Shown: positions 58,326 through 64,000 of the stretch, piece after piece
How the letters are laid out: each line of letters starts with the position of its first letter
Position numbering within the stretch: the stretch's first letter is position 1
Origin: Bacteroidia bacterium
GTDB lineage: Bacteria; Bacteroidota; Bacteroidia; NS11-12g; UBA9320
NCBI GenBank assembly: GCA_965216465.1
Contig: CBDCFW010000006.1
Span: 672,001-736,000 of the forward strand
Direction: 5' to 3'
Length of the DNA stretch: 64,000 bases
Notes under the pieces: model-generated
Told to the model about the DNA's origin: nothing
Seen by the model: the letters and a program-made list of their open reading frames with translations, nothing else
Databases searched by the model: none
Position numbers and translations under genes: made by a program

Positions 58326-59900
58326 ATGAAACAACTTTACTCAATCTCCATTTTGCTAATGATTTCTTTCACCGCATTAGCACAAACACAATCTGCCGAT
58401 TTAGACCATAACAATACGCGTGTTAAAATCCTAAATGGCGGTGATTTCTTTTGGGATCTGAACAGTGCACGATATGAAGTACCAAAAGTTGATGATGTGA
58501 ATGCAAAAAGATCTCATACCATATTTTCAGGTGCGATTTGGATAGGAGCAGAAGACCCTAGTGGGAATGTACATTTAGCAGCCATGACCTACCGCCAACG
58601 GGGCCAAGATTTTTACCCAGGACCCGTGTCGAACGACCAAGAAGCGTCAAATGATAACTACGACTTAATTTGGAAAATAGACCGCCAAACGGTTGACGAG
58701 CATATTGACGATTTTAAATCAAATGGCTCGGTCTCTAATCCTGATCCTGCAATTAAAGAATGGCCAGCACATGGTGACACCACAATCGGTGAGCCATATT
58801 ATCTAGCTCCATTTGTTGATCACAACCTGAATGGCACTTATGATCCTGAAAACGGAGACTATCCATGTTTTCCTGGAGAGGTGGCTTTGTATTGTGTTTA
58901 TAATGCCAATGGTCTGCATACAGAAACAGGAGGTAACGCCATGAAAATTGATGTTCACCAAATGTTCTACCAAGAAACTCCTGGTGTTCATCAAGGGAAG
59001 TATAATGAGGTTAATCTGGCACAATTTAAAATTGTTAATCGTTCTGAAACCACCTATAGCAATGTAAAAGTTGGCTTATATATCGATTTTGACATCGGCA
59101 ACTACGCTGACGACTTTATTGGTTGTGACAGTGCAACCAACATGATATTTGGCTACAACGGTGATGACAATGATGAAGGTGCAATAGGATATGGCTTCAA
59201 CCCCCCTGCTCAAAACATGATGTTTTTGAACAAGCCGTTATATGCCGGTACATATTACAATAACAATGCTAATCCCATAAACGGTAATCCGGTAAGTGCA
59301 TCAGATTATTACAACTATTTATGTGGTAGGTGGAAAAACGGTAATCCGTTCAATTATGGAGGAGATGGAATTACCAGTGGTACTTACCATACCCGTTATA
59401 TGTTTAGCGGTGATGTTGATTCAGACAGTTCATGGAATGAAATCAACAGCCAAAACACTCCTGCAGATAGAAGGTTTCTAGGTACGGCATGGCCTTTTGA
59501 TTTAGCACCTGGAGAATCTGAATGCGTGGATGTTGCATTTGTCTATGCACGAGAAGACTTTGGTGGACCTAAACAGGCTGTAAAATCTATGAAGCAGCTT
59601 GCTGAACAAGTTCAACAACGATACGATCAGAATACATATGGTTGGAAGGATTGCAACTGTGGCCAATCAAGTGCCAATGTTACCGACATTGAAATTGCAA
59701 AGATTTCTATATATCCCAACCCTGCCGATGAGTCCATTACTATAGAAGGAAACTTAGGCGATTTTGAATTGATTAACAGCCTAGGTAACGTTGTAAATCG
59801 TTATGAATCAACGATTAAGCATATTGACATGAGCAAATTGCCAAGCGGTGTTTATTACATCCGTTCTGCAATTGGAAGTAAGAAAATTATTAAACTATAA
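58326..59900 (+). CDS. T9SS type A sorting-domain protein of unknown function
   Basis: Signal peptide ALA-Q, an Asp/Asn/Gly-rich body and CTD 'IYPNPA...LPSGVYYI...KKIIKL'. Confidence 0.85.
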   Translation: MKQLYSISILLMISFTALAQTQSADLDHNNTRVKILNGGDFFWDLNSARYEVPKVDDVNAKRSHTIFSGAIWIGAEDPSGNVHLAAMTYRQRGQDFYPGPVSNDQEASNDNYDLIWKIDRQTVDEHIDDFKSNGSVSNPDPAIKEWPAHGDTTIGEPYYLAPFVDHNLNGTYDPENGDYPCFPGEVALYCVYNANGLHTETGGNAMKIDVHQMFYQETPGVHQGKYNEVNLAQFKIVNRSETTYSNVKVGLYIDFDIGNYADDFIGCDSATNMIFGYNGDDNDEGAIGYGFNPPAQNMMFLNKPLYAGTYYNNNANPINGNPVSASDYYNYLCGRWKNGNPFNYGGDGITSGTYHTRYMFSGDVDSDSSWNEINSQNTPADRRFLGTAWPFDLAPGESECVDVAFVYAREDFGGPKQAVKSMKQLAEQVQQRYDQNTYGWKDCNCGQSSANVTDIEIAKISIYPNPADESITIEGNLGDFELINSLGNVVNRYESTIKHIDMSKLPSGVYYIRSAIGSKKIIKL

Positions 59901-60872
59901 GTCAAATACGGCTTTTAAAAGCGTCTCTCCAACTGCATTCAAAGACTTCTTGTCAATTGACTCCATGTTGTCTTTGTGTGTATGCCAGAAATCACCAAAG
60001 CCAGTTTTGTCACTTGCATTATAATGAATAATATCAAGTGTAGGAATACCTATTATGGTATTAATAAAGTAGTGGTCATCTACAAGACTTCCTCCTTGAT
60101 AATTTACAAAAGTACCACCGTGACCTAACGACGCTGCTTTTTGCCAAACATCTATAACATACGGCTTTGCAAACTGCCATGAGTGACCTTCAACAGCGAA
60201 TACCGCATCTTTAGGTCCAACCATATCCAACAAAATTCCATAGCGAGCTACGTAATTTTCTTGGTGTGGATTTTTCGCCCAATATTGAGATCCCAAGCAC
60301 CAGGTCTCAGCTCTTCCTTGGCGTTCTCCCATATCTTCGGCATCAAAGAAAACAATGTCAACACCTGCATCTGGACGTTGTGCCTGAAGCTGCCTTGCAA
60401 TTTCAATCAATACACCTACACCACTTGCACCATCGTTTGCACCATCGGCTGGTTCTGTTGGATTGTCTGGGTCTTCATCGGCTTGCGGACGAGTATCCCA
60501 ATGAGCACAAAGCAAAATGCGCTTGCTTTTCTCCGGGTTGAATACACCAATTACATTCTTGATTTCAATATTTAGGTTACGAAATCCTGCAATGTTTCCG
60601 TGCTGGGTGAAGGCTGTATCACAAAACTTAGCTAATTGATTTTGTAAGTAAATAGCACATTCTCCATGTGCCATCGTTCCAGGAACTCTTGGACCAAAAT
60701 CTACCTGATCTTGAACATATTGATAAGCACTATCTTCATTAAAAACAATAGAATATGTTTCTTTTGGTGGCTGTGGATCAACAGGTTGTTCACCCCCTCC
60801 ACCGTTATTCTCATTCGTTGTATTGCAAGCTGCCAGTACAAGCAGTACCAATAATTTTATTGAATTTCTCAT
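59895..60872 (-). CDS. M28-family lipoprotein, probable glutaminyl-peptide cyclotransferase
   Basis: Lipobox LAAC; motifs 'FGPRVP', 'AHWDTRP', 'GANDGASGVG', 'FFDAED', 'LLDMVG', 'DDH' and 'WHT'. Confidence 0.8.
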   Translation of the reverse strand: MRNSIKLLVLLVLAACNTTNENNGGGGEQPVDPQPPKETYSIVFNEDSAYQYVQDQVDFGPRVPGTMAHGECAIYLQNQLAKFCDTAFTQHGNIAGFRNLNIEIKNVIGVFNPEKSKRILLCAHWDTRPQADEDPDNPTEPADGANDGASGVGVLIEIARQLQAQRPDAGVDIVFFDAEDMGERQGRAETWCLGSQYWAKNPHQENYVARYGILLDMVGPKDAVFAVEGHSWQFAKPYVIDVWQKAASLGHGGTFVNYQGGSLVDDHYFINTIIGIPTLDIIHYNASDKTGFGDFWHTHKDNMESIDKKSLNAVGETLLKAVFDL

Positions 60873-62347
60873 TAATTTAGTTTGTAAGAACTTCCTTCTT
60901 TGCCGTCCATAATTTCAATTCCAGCTGCTTTCAAGTCGTCTCGAATTTTATCAGCAGTAGCCCAGTCTTTATTGGTTTTCGCTTCAGATCTGATATCTAA
61001 AACCAGTTGCATTACCGCATCAATTTTATCTGAATTGCCTGAATCTTCCATCTTCAACCCAAGAATTACAAAAACAAAGTCGTTGAAAGTTCTTTGTAAC
61101 AACTCTAAATCTGTTGCATTTATTTTAAGCTTCCCTGCATCAATCTCGTTAATCCATTTTGAGGCATCAAACAATGCTGCAACAACCTGCGGGGTTGCCA
61201 GGTCTTCATTCATTAGATCGTACAGCTTGGTTCTCCACGCTTCAACATCAATGTCACTAGCATCAGAAGGTTTTAATCCATTCAATTTCCCAGCGGCACT
61301 CATTAGTCTTTTGTATCCTTTTTCAGCTGCAAGCAACGCTTCGTTTGAGAAGTCTAATGTACTTCTGTAATGAGCTTGCAATAAGAAGAAACGCAAGGTC
61401 ATCGGACCATATGCCTGGTCTAACAAGTGATGGTTACCCGAAAACAACTCTTCAATCAAAATTCCATTGTTCAGGCTCTTGGCCATTTTTTGACCGTTAA
61501 TGGTAATCATGTTGTTATGCAGCCAGTAGTTTACAGGTTGCTTATGATTACATGCTGTGCTTTGTGCAATTTCACTTTCGTGATGAGGGAATAATAAATC
61601 CATTCCACCTGCGTGAATATCAAATTGACCCCCTAGATATTTTCTTCCCATCGCAGAGCACTCCAAATGCCATCCTGGAAATCCAGCTCCCCAAGGGCTA
61701 TTCCAACGCATGATGTGTTCTGGACTCGCCTTTTTCCAAAGTGCAAAGTCATTTGGGTTCTTTTTCTCATCCTGACCCTCAAGTGTTCTCCGCTCTTCTC
61801 CAGCACCCGCAATTAGGTCTTCTATCTTTCTTCCGCTTAACTTTCCATAGTCATTGGTTTCGGCATACTTTATCACATCAAAATAAACCGAGCCATTACT
61901 CTCATAGCCAAATCCCGCTGCAATGATTTCTTCGATCATTTCAATTTGCTCAATGATATGACCAGAAGCACGTGGCTCAATGCTAGGAGGAAGAATATTC
62001 ATCTTATTTAATGCATTGTGATAGGCATTTGTATAGACTTGAACTACTTCCATTGGCTCAATTTGATTGAGCTTGGCGATTTTTCCAATTTTGTCTTCAC
62101 CTTCGTCTGCATCGTTCACCAAATGGCCAACATCGGTAATGTTTCTCACATAGCGAACTTTAAAATCCTTATGAGTCAAATAACGGAAAAGCACATCCAT
62201 TAACACAGCTCCACGACTGTGCCCTAAATGTGGGTCTCCATAAACTGTAGGACCACATAAATACATTCCTACAAACGGTGGGTTTATGGGTTTAAACTCT
62301 TCGATGCTCCTAGAAAGTGTATTGTATAATTTGAGTCCTTTTGACAT
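60872..62347 (-). CDS. cysS: Cysteine--tRNA ligase
   Basis: Motifs 'CGPTVY..PHLGH', 'NITDVGH', 'PGWHLECS', 'FPHHE' and 'KMAKS'. Confidence 0.97.
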   Translation of the reverse strand: MSKGLKLYNTLSRSIEEFKPINPPFVGMYLCGPTVYGDPHLGHSRGAVLMDVLFRYLTHKDFKVRYVRNITDVGHLVNDADEGEDKIGKIAKLNQIEPMEVVQVYTNAYHNALNKMNILPPSIEPRASGHIIEQIEMIEEIIAAGFGYESNGSVYFDVIKYAETNDYGKLSGRKIEDLIAGAGEERRTLEGQDEKKNPNDFALWKKASPEHIMRWNSPWGAGFPGWHLECSAMGRKYLGGQFDIHAGGMDLLFPHHESEIAQSTACNHKQPVNYWLHNNMITINGQKMAKSLNNGILIEELFSGNHHLLDQAYGPMTLRFFLLQAHYRSTLDFSNEALLAAEKGYKRLMSAAGKLNGLKPSDASDIDVEAWRTKLYDLMNEDLATPQVVAALFDASKWINEIDAGKLKINATDLELLQRTFNDFVFVILGLKMEDSGNSDKIDAVMQLVLDIRSEAKTNKDWATADKIRDDLKAAGIEIMDGKEGSSYKLN

Positions 62348-62372
62348 GTGTGCAAAAATACACCTGCTTATC

Positions 62373-62945
62373 CTATTTCCGATAAACTACTTTTTCCTTC
62401 CAACCTGACCGTTGCCTATTAGGTAAATCATCGTAGTCTTTTATTGTTCCAACATAAAAAATACCTAGGCACCGTTCATCCGAATCAAGATTTAAAAAGT
62501 TATGAAATTGTGGCCCAAGGCTATAATTAGGTGTACTCCAATACCCTCCATACTTTTCAGTAGAAGAAAGATAGGTCCACATATTTTGAACAGCCATTGC
62601 CACAGCGGCAATCTCTTCAAACTCAGGAATTATTTCGTGACGTTTCATGCATATCGCTACAATATGACTCACTTGGTCTTTACGCTCATCAAACTGCTGA
62701 ACTTTAGCGGGTTTAAATTTTGAGGCATCCGTTTCCTTTACATAACACGTTTTGCAAAGCTCGAGTAAGTCGTTTTTGGCTTGGCCTTCATATACATGAA
62801 ATCGCCAGGGCTCCGTGTGCTTGTGAGTAGGAGCCCAATTTGCCATTTCAAGCATCTTGTCAATAATGTTATTCGGCACAATTTCTCCTGAAAACTGTTT
62901 AGGATAGATTGCTCTTCGGTTTACAATAGCTTCTTCTATGTTCAT
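62373..62945 (-). CDS. Nitroreductase (YdjA-like)
   Basis: Motifs 'NRRAI', '[13 protein letters not shown]', 'AVQNM' and 'YWST'. The likely start is ATG 62945. Confidence 0.88.
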   Translation of the reverse strand: MNIEEAIVNRRAIYPKQFSGEIVPNNIIDKMLEMANWAPTHKHTEPWRFHVYEGQAKNDLLELCKTCYVKETDASKFKPAKVQQFDERKDQVSHIVAICMKRHEIIPEFEEIAAVAMAVQNMWTYLSSTEKYGGYWSTPNYSLGPQFHNFLNLDSDERCLGIFYVGTIKDYDDLPNRQRSGWKEKVVYRK

Positions 62946-63037
62946 ATCAACCAATTTTATTGTGCTATAAGCAAACAAATTTATTAATACGACGTACTAT
63001 TAGTAGTTTTGTTCATCATTAATTAAAAAAAGAAATT

Positions 63038-63640
63038 ATGTCATTTGAATTACCAAGTTTGCCTTATGCACATGACGCATTAGAGCCACACATTGATACA
63101 CGTACCATGGAAATTCACCATGGAAAGCACCATGCTGGCTACACCAATAATTTAAACAACGCAATAGCAGGAACTGATTTAGAAGGAAAATCTATCGAAG
63201 ATATCCTGACCAATCTTGATATGTCTAACAATGCAGTTCGTAACAACGGTGGAGGATTTTACAACCACTCATTGTTCTGGTCTGTTATGAGTCCAAACGG
63301 TGGAGGAACACCTTCAGGAGACTTAGGTGCTGCAATTGATCGCGACTTTGGAAGCTTCGATGCTTTTAAAGATGCCTTCTCAAAAGCAGCTGCAACACGA
63401 TTCGGTTCAGGATGGGCTTGGCTTTGTGTTAAAGACGGAAAATTAGAAGTTTGTTCAAGTGCAAACCAAGACAATCCTTTAATGGATGGAATTGGTTGCG
63501 GAGGAACACCTATTCTTGGATTAGACGTTTGGGAGCATGCATACTACCTAAACTATCAAAACAGAAGACCAGATTACGTTTCAGCATTCTTTAACGTAAT
63601 TAACTGGGATGAAGTTGCTCGCAGATTTGCTGCAGCATAA
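63038..63640 (+). CDS. sodA: Superoxide dismutase, Mn/Fe family (Mn-type signature)
   Basis: Motifs 'HHGKHH', 'NNGGGFYNH', 'NQDNP' and 'DVWEHAYY'. Confidence 0.93.
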   Translation: MSFELPSLPYAHDALEPHIDTRTMEIHHGKHHAGYTNNLNNAIAGTDLEGKSIEDILTNLDMSNNAVRNNGGGFYNHSLFWSVMSPNGGGTPSGDLGAAIDRDFGSFDAFKDAFSKAAATRFGSGWAWLCVKDGKLEVCSSANQDNPLMDGIGCGGTPILGLDVWEHAYYLNYQNRRPDYVSAFFNVINWDEVARRFAAA

Positions 63641-63663
63641 TCATCTAACACATATTTATTGAG

Positions 63664-63698
63664 AACCCAGATGCTTTTGTATCTGGGTTTTTATTTTT
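63664..63698 (+). terminator. Intrinsic terminator of sod
   Basis: AACCCAGATGC-tttt-GTATCTGGGTT followed by a T-rich tail. Confidence 0.85.
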
Positions 63699-63703
63699 GT
63701 AAC

Positions 63704-64000
63704 ATGAAATTCATTCAGTGGTTCGTATATCTTCTATTCTGTGCGGCACTGATTTGGTTTGCATTTATACGTATTCCAAATCAGGTTGACAACCTTGAAC
63801 CACAAGAAGATGTGAATGAAGATGAGTTCGCAGAGTTCACACAAGAGGAGCTTATTCCTGAAGATGAAAATCTTGAAGAAGAAGCTGTCATAGATAGCTT
63901 TGTTGAAGACACCTTTGAGTACACCGACTTTGAATCATTTGAGGATGAGACCGTAAGTCCTGAACCCGAAATTCAATCGTATATTGTTGTGGCAGGAAGC
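63704..64000 (+). CDS. Membrane-anchored protein with acidic linker, probably entering a SPOR domain (partial)
   Basis: MKFIQWFVYLLFCAALIWFAFIRIP, then a very acidic linker, then 'YIVVAGS' at the window edge. Confidence 0.6.
   Translation, partial: MKFIQWFVYLLFCAALIWFAFIRIPNQVDNLEPQEDVNEDEFAEFTQEELIPEDENLEEEAVIDSFVEDTFEYTDFESFEDETVSPEPEIQSYIVVAGS

Noticed and set aside
1303-63474. Numerous 60-156 aa ORFs in the track that overlap long genes (e.g. 1303-1551, 29366-29698, 31931-32311, 60183-60575, 60900-61370)
   Set aside because: They are antisense or out-of-frame shadows of well-supported genes and have no recognisable motifs.
1-64000. tRNA/rRNA genes, CRISPR arrays, IS elements, prophage
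   Set aside because: The intergenic spaces are short, and I saw no cloverleafs, regular direct repeats, transposases or integrases.

Overview
AT-rich (roughly 38-40% GC by eye), densely coded chromosomal window from a Bacteroidota bacterium. The assignment rests on T9SS C-terminal domains, TonB receptors, TAnnTTTG promoters, Gln at +1 of most signal-peptide proteins, and the conserved flippase-dut-nucleotidyltransferase-TPR-DUF4292-EnvC operon. Most genes are housekeeping or envelope genes: dut, fused 2-oxoacid dehydrogenase E1, mscL, psd, gdhA, cdsA, dusB, carB, mnmA, purK/purE, class II RNR nrdJ, GGGP synthase, cysS and sodA. I saw no rRNA, tRNA, CRISPR array, transposase, integrase or prophage genes. 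Features missing from the ORF track: a probable 6S RNA (41045-41240), two small membrane-protein ORFs (32900-33064, 37866-38012) and two partial edge genes. The best candidate for an undescribed system is at 1.5-8.4 kb. There a signal-peptide-bearing giant TPR-CHAT (caspase-like) protease converges on an operon encoding a soluble DUF2723/TMEM260-like protein, an ECF sigma factor and a single-pass anti-sigma factor. All product calls come from motif recognition by eye, without database searches.
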